Assembly: GCA_963665325.3 (NCBI GenBank)
Contig: CAXXWS020000003.1
Coordinates: forward strand, 416,001 to 480,000
DNA length: 64,000 nt
Direction of reading: 5' to 3'
Source of the DNA: Alphaproteobacteria bacterium
GTDB taxonomy: Bacteria; Pseudomonadota; Alphaproteobacteria; Bin95
The translations under genes were made by a program, and so were the position numbers. The notes beneath the pieces are model-generated. The model saw nothing but the letters and a program-made list of their open reading frames with translations. It was not told where the DNA came from and did no database searches. Shown piece by piece: positions 10,213-19,624 of this stretch (position 1 is the first letter of the stretch; each line of letters begins with the position of its first letter).

Positions 10213-11079
10213 TCAGACAGCCGGCCGGCCACCCGCCTCCATGTCGTGGACGGCCCATGAGACCCAGGTGGTCCACCAGCCGTTGACGTCGAGGCCGGCG
10301 GCGGCTTGCAGAGCGCGGAGCGCGGCGTCGGAGCGCGGGCCCCACACGCCATCCAGGGGGCCCGGCGCGAAGCCGAGGCGGGCGAGCGCCCGCTGGCGGC
10401 CTTCCGGCAGCCAGACATCCGACCACACATCCGGCAGCGCCGGGTCGTCATAGATCTCGCGCAGCACCCGGGCGAAGGGGAATCCCACCACGTCCTGCTT
10501 CCAGGTCGGGCAGAGGTCGTGATGGCCGTGATGGTCGCGCGGGCCGATCTCCGGCCAGCGGCCCACGATCTCCCGGCCGACAGCCGCCATCATGGCGATC
10601 TGCTCCTCCGTCCAGGGCTCGACCCGGTAAACATGGCGGCCGTCGGGTGTCGCGGCCTCTATCCAGTCCGCGCCGGCCGGCACGCCGTCGCGCGCATAGC
10701 CGATATTCACCGTTTCAATGCCGATGCAGGCGCGGGCGCCCTTGGTGCGGACGGTCGAGGGCCGGCCGTCCCAGCGCAGCTTCTGTTCGACGCCCGCATG
10801 CCAGGACCGGTTCGCGAGCGAGACATAGCGCGACACGCCTTCGGCGAAGCTGCGCCCGACGGCGTAGTGGGCCGAGGCCTGCCCCTTGCGCTCCGCTTCC
10901 GCGCCGCCCAGCAACCGGTCGCAGGTTGCGAGGTCGTGTGTCGCGGTCCAGTGCCAGGTGACTCCCTTCGGCGCGCCGCCTGTTGCCTTCGTCCAGCCGC
11001 GCGAGACCGCGTGTCCCCTGCCGAGCGGGATGCGCGGGCCCGCGTCGGTGCGGAAGTCCGCCGGCAGTGCCGGGTTCAC
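10213..11079 (-). CDS. Zn-dependent N-acetylmuramoyl-L-alanine amidase with C-terminal peptidoglycan-binding domain
   Basis: HWTA, ASAHY, SWHAG, IGIE and GHHD motifs; C-terminal [24 protein letters not shown]; GTG start overlaps lysS stop. Confidence 0.85.
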   Translation of the reverse strand: MNPALPADFRTDAGPRIPLGRGHAVSRGWTKATGGAPKGVTWHWTATHDLATCDRLLGGAEAERKGQASAHYAVGRSFAEGVSRYVSLANRSWHAGVEQKLRWDGRPSTVRTKGARACIGIETVNIGYARDGVPAGADWIEAATPDGRHVYRVEPWTEEQIAMMAAVGREIVGRWPEIGPRDHHGHHDLCPTWKQDVVGFPFARVLREIYDDPALPDVWSDVWLPEGRQRALARLGFAPGPLDGVWGPRSDAALRALQAAAGLDVNGWWTTWVSWAVHDMEAGGRPAV

Positions 11080-12647
11080 GCGGCGTCCCGTGCGAGCGCG
11101 CTGCGAATCATCGCTTCGGTCTCGGCCAGCCCGTAGAGCGCGGCGAAGGAGCCGAAGCGCGGCCCCTGCTTGCGCCCGAGCAGGACTTCGTAGAGCGCGG
11201 AGAACCACGTCCGCAGCGGCTCGAAGCCATGCGCCTTGCCGACCGCATAGACATCTGCCTGCACGGTCTCTCCGTCCGCATCCCGCGGCAGCGCGGCCAG
11301 CCGGTCGGCAAGCTCCGCCAGCGCAGCTGCTTCCTTTGCGTCCGGATCGCGCCAGACCTTCTGCGGCGCCACGAAATCGCAGCAATAGGCAACCGCGAAG
11401 TCCGCCAGCCGGTCCAGCTGCGGCCGTCTCTCGGGCGACGCCTCCGGGTCGTAGCGCGAGATGAAGCCCCAGAGCGTGCTCTTGTCCCGCGCGTCGCTCG
11501 CCGCCGCCAGGTTGAGCAGCAGGGAGAATGAAATGCCCTCCTCCGGCTCCGGCGGGGCGCCCGCATGAATGTGCCAGGCCGGGTTCTCCAGCGACTTGTC
11601 CTCGTCTTCGCCGGGGGCGCGGGCGAGGAAGGACCGGTAATCGTCCACGGCACGCGGGATCACGTCGAAATAGAGCCGCTTGGCCGCCTTCGGCTTCTGG
11701 AACATGAAGAGCGCCAGGCTCTCCTCCGGCGCATAGGTCAGCCATTCGTCGATGGAAAGGCCGTTTCCCCTGGACTTGGAAATCTTCTCGCCGCGCTCGT
11801 CGAGGAACAGCTCGTAGATGAACCCCTCCGGCTGGCGCCCGCCGAGCGCGCGGCAGATGCGCCCCGAGAGCCGGACCGAGTCGATCAGGTCCTTGCCGGC
11901 CATTTCGTAATCGACATCCAGCGCCCGCCAGCGCATTGCCCAGTCGGCCTTCCATTGCAACTTGCACCCGCCGCCGGTGACCGGCTGTTCGACCCGCTGG
12001 CCGTTCTCGTCCGCATAGACGACGGTCCCGGCGTCCGGGTCCCGGTGCAGGATCGGTACCTGAAGCACGATGCCGGTCTTCGGGCATACCGGCAGGAAGG
12101 GGCTGTAGGTCTGCCGGCGCTCCGGGCCGAGCGTCGGCAGCACAATTTCCATCACCGCGTCGTAGGCATGCAGCACGGCGAGCAGCGCCTCGTCGAACCG
12201 GCCGGAGCGGTAGCACTCGGTCGCGCTCACGAATTCGTAGTCGAAGCCGAAACGGTCGAGGAAGGCTTGCAGCCGGGCGTTGTTGTGCGCGCCGAAGCTC
12301 TCATGCGTGCCGAAAGGGTCGGGCACGGAGGTCAGCGGCTTGCCGAGATGGGCTTCCAGCGCCTCGCGGTTCGGCACATTGTCGGGCACCCGGCGCAGGC
12401 CGTCCATGTCGTCCGAGAAGGCGAAGAGCCGCGTCGGAATGTCGGATAGTTCGGCGAAAGCCCGGCGCACCATTGCCGTTCGCGCGACCTCGCCGAACGT
12501 ACCGATATGCGGCAGGCCGGAAGGGCCGTAGCCGGTCTCGAACAGCGCATAGCCCTTGTCCGGCACGGCGTCCCCGAGGCGCGCCAGCAGCTTGCGCGCT
12601 TCCTCGAAGGGCCAGGCGCGGGCTTGGGCGGCGGCATCGCTGGACAT
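11076..12647 (-). CDS. lysS: Lysine-tRNA ligase, class I
   Basis: [43 protein letters not shown]. Confidence 0.95.
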   Translation of the reverse strand: MSSDAAAQARAWPFEEARKLLARLGDAVPDKGYALFETGYGPSGLPHIGTFGEVARTAMVRRAFAELSDIPTRLFAFSDDMDGLRRVPDNVPNREALEAHLGKPLTSVPDPFGTHESFGAHNNARLQAFLDRFGFDYEFVSATECYRSGRFDEALLAVLHAYDAVMEIVLPTLGPERRQTYSPFLPVCPKTGIVLQVPILHRDPDAGTVVYADENGQRVEQPVTGGGCKLQWKADWAMRWRALDVDYEMAGKDLIDSVRLSGRICRALGGRQPEGFIYELFLDERGEKISKSRGNGLSIDEWLTYAPEESLALFMFQKPKAAKRLYFDVIPRAVDDYRSFLARAPGEDEDKSLENPAWHIHAGAPPEPEEGISFSLLLNLAAASDARDKSTLWGFISRYDPEASPERRPQLDRLADFAVAYCCDFVAPQKVWRDPDAKEAAALAELADRLAALPRDADGETVQADVYAVGKAHGFEPLRTWFSALYEVLLGRKQGPRFGSFAALYGLAETEAMIRSALARDAA

Positions 12648-12734
12648 GGGGGGCGGCTCCGGAATGGGGCGGGCGGAGCCTAAAGGCTCGCGCTCCCGCT
12701 GCAAAGCCGACCGGCTTGGCGCCTCTCCGGCGGC

Positions 12735-13070
12735 CGGCGGGACCCCCTGCAAAGTGTCATGGGATGTCATGTTTTGTCATGCGGCGAGGTTGGGGTCATG
12801 GCTTCCGGCCTGTCGGGGCCGCCGCCAGTGCAGTTCGGGGGGCGGTTGCGGTCATCTCGTCTCCTTGTCCGACCGGGAGCGGCGGTCCCTTTGCCGCGCG
12901 CAATCGCGCGCGGGCGGGCGCGCCCGTTAGCGCCGGCGCGGTTCGCGCGCCTGATTGCGCGCGCGAGGCAGAGGGCGCACGTCTCCCGTCGGTTGCTCAG
13001 GGGGTTTTCGAAAATGGCGCCGCCCGGCCGCGCGACGCTGGAGAAGCGGCTCCGGATGCCTCTTTCCTTG
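12735..13070. repeat. Dispersed structured intergenic element, copy 1
   Basis: Shares GGCGGGACC, phased TGTCATG repeats, about 100-nt core (12881-12995) and CGGATGCC..TTCC with 33700-34030. Confidence 0.8.
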
Positions 13071-13232
13071 GCAACAGTCTAGCACACTTTTCCCAGGCAC
13101 AAGCTCTTTTTTGCACAAAATAGGAACATTCTGGAATTTTTCGGACTTCGCAAGGCCGGCGAAAGGTGCGGAGGCCCGGGCGCATGGCGAACCCGTTTCG
13201 CTCTTTCGCGGAACCGCACTACAACCGCCGGC

Positions 13233-15974
13233 ATGGCGTCCGAGAGAAGCATCGTGCTGCCGCGCGCGCCGGCCCTGGTCGCGAGCCCGGCGCGGGCCGT
13301 CTGGCTGGAGCCGGACGGCGGGCTCGAAGCGCTGTCGCTGACCGAGGCGGCGGTGCGCGCGCGCGGCCGGCCGCCGCTTGCCGTTCACGGGCCGGCGACT
13401 TCCAGGCGGCTGGATGCCGTGGCGCGGCCGTTCCGCTCCTACGACCTGCTGGAGCTGTTCGCCTTCGTGCGCCCGGCGCAGTTCTGCCTGCCGACCCCGA
13501 ACGGGCTGGCGGATGCCGCCGGCCTGCCGCGCCCGGCGTCGCTGGAGCGCGCCGCGGAGACGCTGTTCGGCGCGGCCCGTGCCCTGCTCGCGGAGCTCGC
13601 GCGCATGGAAGACCCCGGCGGGGCGGCCGCCGATCTCGCGCTGGATGCGGCGGAATCCGGCTGGCTCTGGGGGCCGTTCGTGCTGGCGGCGCTCGGCATC
13701 GCGGACAAGCGCCCGGCAGGCGGGGCCGGCTTCGCGGTCTGGGAGCGGCTGCCGCTCTGGGCCGAATTCGCTCCGGAACCGCAGCCGTCCAACCGGCCGG
13801 TGGAGCCTGACAAGGCCCGCCGCCGGCTTGCGGACATGCTGGGCCCGGACGCCGAGGACCGGCCGGGCCAGGCGGACTATGCTTCGGCCGCCTCCGCCGC
13901 TTTCCAGCCCCGCGAGCGGGCCGGAGAGCCGCATATGGTGGTCGCCGAGGCCGGAACCGGGGTCGGCAAGACGCTCGGCTACCTGGCGCCGGCGAGCCTC
14001 TGGGCGGAGACGAACGAGGCGCCGGTCTGGATTTCGACCTTTACCCGCAACCTCCAGCACCAGATCGACGGCGAGCTCGACCGGCTGATCCCCGACCCGG
14101 CCGCCAAGCGCCGCCGGGTCGTGCTGCGCAAGGGCCGGGAGAACTATCTCTGCCTGCTGAACCTGGAGGAAACGGTGCGGGCAGCCCGGCTGACGCCGAA
14201 CGAGACGGTACCGCTTGCGCTCGCCGCGCGCTGGGCGGACGCGACCCGCGACGGCGACATGACCGGTGGGGACTTCCCCTCTTGGCTCCCGGACCTGGAA
14301 GGGGCGGCGCGCATACGCGGCCTTGCCGACCGGCGGGGCGAATGCCTCTACTCGGCCTGCTCCCATTATCAGCGCTGCTTCATAGAGCGGGGCATCAGGC
14401 GTGCGCGGCGCGCCGACCTCGTCATCGCCAACCATGCGCTCGTCATGGTGCAGGCGGCGCTGGGCGGGCTCGACGATGCCTGGCTGCCGACCCGCTATGT
14501 GTTCGACGAGGGCCACCATCTCTTCGATGCGGCCGACAGCGCCTTCTCGGCCGAGCTTTCCGGCCTGGAGACGGCGGAGCTGCGCCGCTGGCTGCTGGGG
14601 GCGGAGGGCGGCGGGTCGCGCGCGAGGGGGCTTGCGCGCCGCGCCGAAGACCTGGTGCCGGACGGGAGCGAGGCGGCTGAGGCCCTGGCCGAGGCTGGCC
14701 GCGCGGCCGGCGTCCTGCCCGCGGAGGGCTGGCTCGGCCGCCTCGCCGCCGGCGCGCCGCGCGGGGCGGCGGAACGCTTCCTCGCGGCCGTTCGCCAACA
14801 GGTGCTGGCGCGGGCGGCCGGGCGCGGCAACGAAGCCTATGGCATCGAATGCGAATGCCGCCCGCCGGTGGAGGGCCTGATCGAGGCGGCGCGGGCGCTC
14901 GGCGCGGCGCTGGAGGCGCTGCGCGCCCCGCTCGGGGTGTTGCGCCGGACATTGCTGGCGCGGCTGGCGGACGAGGCCGAGGACCTCGACAGCCGCACGC
15001 GCATCCGCATCGAGGCGCTGGCGCGCGTGCTCCACCGCCGCGCCGAGATGCAGCTTGCGGCCTGGGGCGCCATGCTGGAAGCCCTCGACGCCGAGCCGCC
15101 GGAGGCGTTCGTGGACTGGTTCGAGCTGGAGCGCGCACAGGGCCGCGAGCGCGACGTCGGCATGCTCCGGCGCTGGATCGACCCGACCGCGCCCTTCGCC
15201 GTCGAGGTGGCGGAGCCCGCCCACGGCCTGCTCGTCACTTCGGCGACACTGCGGGACAATGCCCGCGAGCCGGAGGAGGCCTGGCAGGCTGCGGAGATGC
15301 GCACCGGGGCGCAGCATCTCGCAGCCCCCGCCATACGCGCCGCCGCGCCCTCGCCCTTCGACTATCCGGCGCAGACCCGCGCGCTGGTGGTGACGGATGT
15401 GCGCAAGGATGCGGTGGACCAGGTGGCGGCGGCCTGCCGCAGCCTGTTCCTGGCGGCGGGCGGCGGCGCGCTCGGGCTGTTCACGGCGGTTGCGCGGCTG
15501 CGCGCCGTGCATGAGCGCCTGGCGGAACCGCTGGATGCGGCCGGCATCCCGCTGCTGGCCCAGCATGTGGACCGGATGGACGTCGCGACCCTGATCGAGA
15601 TCTTCCGCGCCGAGCCGGATTCGTGCCTGCTCGGCACAGATGCGGTGCGCGACGGGGTGGATGTGCCGGGCCGCGCGCTCAGGCTCATCGCGTTCGACCG
15701 CGTGCCCTGGCCCCGGCCGACCATTCTGCACAAGGCGAGGCGCGCCCATTTCGGCGGCCGGCACTATGACGACATGCTGACCCGGCTCCGGCTGCGCCAG
15801 GCGTTCGGCCGTCTCGTGCGCCGGCGCGACGACCGCGGCGTCTTCGTGCTGCTCGACCCGATGATGCCGTCGCGCCTCGCCGGCGCCTTCCCCGAAGGCG
15901 TCGCGCTGGAGCGCGTCGGGCTGGCGGAGGCTTGCGGGATTGTGTCGACCTTTCTGGAGGAGGAACAACCATGA
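13233..15974 (+). CDS. ATP-dependent DNA helicase, DinG/YoaA family
   Basis: EAGTGVGKTLGYL, KGRENYLC, ANHAL, DEGHH, TSATL, GVDVPG, QAFGRLVRR. Confidence 0.93.
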   Translation: MASERSIVLPRAPALVASPARAVWLEPDGGLEALSLTEAAVRARGRPPLAVHGPATSRRLDAVARPFRSYDLLELFAFVRPAQFCLPTPNGLADAAGLPRPASLERAAETLFGAARALLAELARMEDPGGAAADLALDAAESGWLWGPFVLAALGIADKRPAGGAGFAVWERLPLWAEFAPEPQPSNRPVEPDKARRRLADMLGPDAEDRPGQADYASAASAAFQPRERAGEPHMVVAEAGTGVGKTLGYLAPASLWAETNEAPVWISTFTRNLQHQIDGELDRLIPDPAAKRRRVVLRKGRENYLCLLNLEETVRAARLTPNETVPLALAARWADATRDGDMTGGDFPSWLPDLEGAARIRGLADRRGECLYSACSHYQRCFIERGIRRARRADLVIANHALVMVQAALGGLDDAWLPTRYVFDEGHHLFDAADSAFSAELSGLETAELRRWLLGAEGGGSRARGLARRAEDLVPDGSEAAEALAEAGRAAGVLPAEGWLGRLAAGAPRGAAERFLAAVRQQVLARAAGRGNEAYGIECECRPPVEGLIEAARALGAALEALRAPLGVLRRTLLARLADEAEDLDSRTRIRIEALARVLHRRAEMQLAAWGAMLEALDAEPPEAFVDWFELERAQGRERDVGMLRRWIDPTAPFAVEVAEPAHGLLVTSATLRDNAREPEEAWQAAEMRTGAQHLAAPAIRAAAPSPFDYPAQTRALVVTDVRKDAVDQVAAACRSLFLAAGGGALGLFTAVARLRAVHERLAEPLDAAGIPLLAQHVDRMDVATLIEIFRAEPDSCLLGTDAVRDGVDVPGRALRLIAFDRVPWPRPTILHKARRAHFGGRHYDDMLTRLRLRQAFGRLVRRRDDRGVFVLLDPMMPSRLAGAFPEGVALERVGLAEACGIVSTFLEEEQP

Positions 15975-16723
15975 CCGAATCGAACGACCGCTCGGCGCTC
16001 CGCGAGGCCGGGACGCGCCTAGCGGAAGAGCTGGAATTGCCCGTGCCGGCCGGAGCGCCGGGGCTCGACGCCTTTGCGCTGGAGGCGGGGTTCGGCTCGC
16101 TGCTGGCGGACCCGGTGCTGCCGCCCGCCGACCGGATGGTCGCGGTGCTCTGCGCGCTCGCACAGAAGGACCGGCAGGGCGATATTGCCGCGCACATCCG
16201 GCCGGCGGTGAAGGCCGGGCTGGACGCGCGGGAACTCCGCGAGATTTTCGTGCAATGCGGGCTCTATGGCGGGCTGCCGATGGCGGCGCATGCGCTGGAC
16301 ACGCTGAACGCCCAACTGGGCCACCCGGACCGGGACGAGGAGGATGCCCGCGATCTGGCGGCGCTGGAGGCGGACGGGCGCGCTACGATGCACGAATTGC
16401 ACGGCGAACGCGCCGAATCGGGCTACGCCGCGCCCGGCAATGCGGGGTCGGCCGCCCTCTACCGCATCGCGATCCTTTACGGCTACGGCGCCATCTGGCA
16501 CCGGCCCGGCCTCTCGCATCGCCGCCGCATGATCGTGGCGCTGGCGAGCATGGCCGTGCTGGGTCTGCACGACACTCTGGCGAAATTCGCCGCCTCGGCC
16601 CGCGCCATGGGCCTCACGCCCGCCGAAATCGCGGCCGCCATCGCCCAGACCGCCCCCTATGCCGGCTTCCCGCCCGCCCTCAACGCGCTCGGCCGCCTCG
16701 CCGATGTGCTGGCGGAAGAATGA
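15971..16723 (+). CDS. Carboxymuconolactone decarboxylase (CMD) family protein, tandem domains
   Basis: Two CMD-like repeats (...ELREIFVQCGLYGGLP; YGAIWHRPGL...AQTAPYAGFPPALNAL). Confidence 0.82.
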   Translation: MTESNDRSALREAGTRLAEELELPVPAGAPGLDAFALEAGFGSLLADPVLPPADRMVAVLCALAQKDRQGDIAAHIRPAVKAGLDARELREIFVQCGLYGGLPMAAHALDTLNAQLGHPDRDEEDARDLAALEADGRATMHELHGERAESGYAAPGNAGSAALYRIAILYGYGAIWHRPGLSHRRRMIVALASMAVLGLHDTLAKFAASARAMGLTPAEIAAAIAQTAPYAGFPPALNALGRLADVLAEE

Positions 16724-16776
16724 CGGCGCGGCGAAGATTTGGAGGATTGGCAGACCGGAGAGAAGGGCGCCGACAT

Positions 16777-17406
16777 ATGAAAGCGACAATCTGTATCGCC
16801 GCCGCATCGATAAGCGTCCTGCTCGCCGCCTGCGGGCCGCAAGGCAAGGTCACGCAGGGACAAACGAGCGTCGGGTCGCGGACATACCTCACGGAGTGGC
16901 AGGAAATCGAGCCCGCGAAGCTGGTCGTGAACTTCAGCGACCTAGACGGCGCCGAGATCACCTGGGCGGAGCAGAAGATCAGGGACAACCATGTCATTCA
17001 CCAACGAGTGGACTTCGACGCTCGAGGCCGCATGACCGCAGAGTATCTGAGCGGCCCCAATTCGATCTTCACCGCGCGGGTAACGGAAAGATTCAACGAT
17101 GTGTCGAAGGCTCTGGCGGACATGAAACACTTCCTGAGGGGCTACACTGTGCATGAGCGCGACCTCGAAAGCGGACGCATCCGCAGACATGGCAGCCGCG
17201 GGGGACTGGTCGCGAGTGCAACGCACAGCACGACAGGCGGAAGATGCGTGCTCGGCGTGTTGGCGTTCCTCAGCAACCACACAAAGAACAGGTCGACAGA
17301 TGAGCGTTACGACACGATCGTCCGGTTCCGGGACTGCTCGGGCAAGCGGTCGCTGTCGGAGACAGAGGACTTCCTGAACGGGCTCAGGATCGTTTCACGG
17401 ACCTAG
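16777..17406 (+). CDS. Hypothetical lipoprotein
   Basis: MKATICIAAASISVLLAAC signal with lipobox LAAC; visibly lower GC than flanks. Confidence 0.7.
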   Translation: MKATICIAAASISVLLAACGPQGKVTQGQTSVGSRTYLTEWQEIEPAKLVVNFSDLDGAEITWAEQKIRDNHVIHQRVDFDARGRMTAEYLSGPNSIFTARVTERFNDVSKALADMKHFLRGYTVHERDLESGRIRRHGSRGGLVASATHSTTGGRCVLGVLAFLSNHTKNRSTDERYDTIVRFRDCSGKRSLSETEDFLNGLRIVSRT

Positions 17407-17596
17407 AGCGGAACCCCCTCAGGCTGACACGGAAGTCCGGCCGTCCCTCGATACGCGGCTCCGCCGCTACTCGGGATGAGGGAGTTCTCAGAGTTCTGCC
17501 CTCGTCCTTTCCCTCACCCTGAGTAGCGCCCGCGCCAGCGGGCGCGTATCGAAGGGCGGCAGCCTCATGTTCCAAAACGGTCGGATACCGCTCTAG
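17403..17596. repeat. Nested REP/REPIN-like palindromic element
   Basis: Outer IR CTAGAGCGG (17403)/CCGCTCTAG (17596); inner inverted pair 17441-17483 and 17510-17559 (CCCTCA.CC.GAGTAGCG...GCGTATCGA.GG). Confidence 0.8.
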
Positions 17597-17617
17597 CACC
17601 GTCCCTCTCCGCCGCGC

Positions 17618-18850
17618 TCAGACCGGTCTCGGGCTGAATCCGAGGCTGCGGGAGCGCAGGTGCAGCATGGCAATCAGCATGAAATTCATCGCGTTGAAGG
17701 CCGCGCCCGAAAGGAAGGCCGGCGCATAGGAACCGGTCACGTCGAATATGTATCCGGCAAGCGTGCCGCCGATGGCCATGCCGGCGCCCGCGAACATGTA
17801 TTGCGCGCCGACCCGCCAGCCGATCTCGGAGGCCGGGAACCACAGCCTGAGCAGCAGCGGGTAGCAGGGCATGATGCCGGCGAAGCCGAGCCCGAACATG
17901 AGCGCGGCGACATAGAGCCCCGTCAGGCTCTCGACCATGGCGAACACGATCATCATGACGAACTGGCACATGGACCCGATCAGCAGGGTCGGCGCCGCGC
18001 CGATCCGGTCCGACAGCATGCCGTAGACGATCCGGCTGAAAAAGCCGGCGACCATGAGCACCGACAGGATTTCCGCCCCGCGCTCCTCCGCATAGCCGAG
18101 ATCGGAGGTATGGGACACCAGATGGACGATGGGCATGGCCATCGCCCCGCAACACCCGATCACGGCGATCCAGAGCGCGCCCTGCACCATTTCCGGGGGC
18201 CAATCCAGCACCTTGCCGCCGCGGGACGCCGCCAGACGGACCGGTCCCGGCGGCGGAACCGGCGGTTTCGGGCGGATCAGCCAGCAGAGCGGCAGCATGG
18301 TCACCGCTGCGAAGACGGCGTAGTAGAGATAGGTTTCCCGCCAGCCGACCGCCCGTTCGAGATGGCCGAAGACCGTCGGCCAGACGGCGCCGGCCAGCCC
18401 CTGCCCCGACGCGATGATGGCGATGGCGAGCCCGCGCCGCCTGTCGAACCAGCGGGTCGCATTGGCAACCAGCGGCGCGATCATCGCCGCCTTGCCGAGC
18501 AGGCCGATCAGGAGGCCGTTGGCGAGCCAGAGCCCCCACCGGCCCTCCGACTGGCTCGCGACGAGGCTGCCGACACAGATCATCACGGAGCCGAACAGGA
18601 TCGGCTGGAGGATGCCGCGCTTGTCCATCCACCAGCCCATCGCGACGCCGCCGATCCCGGTGCCGACCATGAGTACCGAATAGGCGAAGGAAGGCACCCA
18701 GCGCTCGCCGCCGAACTCGGCGGCAATGGGCTTGAGCGCCACGAACAGGAATGTCGGCGCGCCGAGCGCGATGCCGTTCAGGATGAGCGACGCCCAGACG
18801 ACGACCCAGCCGTAACGGACCTCGACGCTGGAAGACTGGTAGTCGGACAT
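17618..18850 (-). CDS. MFS transporter (OFA/MCT-like)
   Basis: About 12 TM segments, WFDRRRGLAIAI, GMLSDRIG. Confidence 0.9.
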   Translation of the reverse strand: MSDYQSSSVEVRYGWVVVWASLILNGIALGAPTFLFVALKPIAAEFGGERWVPSFAYSVLMVGTGIGGVAMGWWMDKRGILQPILFGSVMICVGSLVASQSEGRWGLWLANGLLIGLLGKAAMIAPLVANATRWFDRRRGLAIAIIASGQGLAGAVWPTVFGHLERAVGWRETYLYYAVFAAVTMLPLCWLIRPKPPVPPPGPVRLAASRGGKVLDWPPEMVQGALWIAVIGCCGAMAMPIVHLVSHTSDLGYAEERGAEILSVLMVAGFFSRIVYGMLSDRIGAAPTLLIGSMCQFVMMIVFAMVESLTGLYVAALMFGLGFAGIMPCYPLLLRLWFPASEIGWRVGAQYMFAGAGMAIGGTLAGYIFDVTGSYAPAFLSGAAFNAMNFMLIAMLHLRSRSLGFSPRPV

Positions 18851-18977
18851 TAGGGCTGGGCGCTCCTGCGACTCCCGGATGGGCAGGGCCGCGGCGGGGC
18901 CTGCCGGCGGTCAGTCTTTCATCGAGACCGGACGTGTCTCCGGGAGACAGGGAATAGCCGGCGGCCGGGGACCGGCA

Positions 18978-19547
18978 TCAGGCCCGGCCGGCGAAGGAGG
19001 AGAGCATGGAGGCGTCCACGCCGAGCTTGGCGATGGCGCGCGACCATTTGGACTCGAGTGCGTCGTCGAACAGGATGGCGTCGTCGGCCGGGGCGGTGAG
19101 CCAGCCATTGTCCTGGATCTCGCCCTCGAGCTGCCCCGCCGCCCAGCCGGCATAGCCGAGCGCCAACAGGCGCTTCTCCGGACCGTGGCCGACAGCGATG
19201 GCCTTCAGCACATCGATCGTCGCTGTCAGGCGGATATCCTCCGACACGGTGAGCGAGCCCTCCCGGTCGTAATCGGCAGTGTGGAGCACGAAGCCGCGCC
19301 CGGTCTCGACCGGTCCGCCGGAGAGGATCGACATGTCGGCTTCGCTGTCCTCGACCCCCAGCTGCTCCAGCAGGTCCGTAAAGGAGAGCGATTCTAACGA
19401 TTTGTTGATGACGAGACCCATTGCGCCCTCATCGCTGTGGGCGCACATATAGATGACCGTGCGCTCGAAGCGCGGGTCGCTCATGCTGGGCATGGCGATC
19501 AGGAGTTGCCCGGTCAGCCAGCCGTCTTCGGAGCGATCTTGCGTCAT
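18978..19547 (-). CDS. YqgE/AlgH family protein
   Basis: GQLLIAMP.M.DPRF, GAMGLVINK, GGPVE..RGFVLH, GYAGW.AGQLE.E. Confidence 0.93.
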   Translation of the reverse strand: MTQDRSEDGWLTGQLLIAMPSMSDPRFERTVIYMCAHSDEGAMGLVINKSLESLSFTDLLEQLGVEDSEADMSILSGGPVETGRGFVLHTADYDREGSLTVSEDIRLTATIDVLKAIAVGHGPEKRLLALGYAGWAAGQLEGEIQDNGWLTAPADDAILFDDALESKWSRAIAKLGVDASMLSSFAGRA

Positions 19548-19624
19548 GGCGTCGAGTGTAGCACAGCGTAGGCGGGTGTGAAGGCGGGTGACAGCGCGAT
19601 GACAGGCAGCGAGCGGGGCGGCCG

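Noticed and set aside
12648-12770. Extended lysS N-terminus from ATG 12770
   Set aside because: That ATG belongs to the repeat element's CATGACA motif; LysS similarity starts near 12647
12927-16163. 1078-aa minus-strand ORF (and similar long antisense ORFs such as 4573-6891, 31995-33737, 51192-53549)
   Set aside because: Shadow frames of well-supported genes in high-GC DNA; no recognisable motifs
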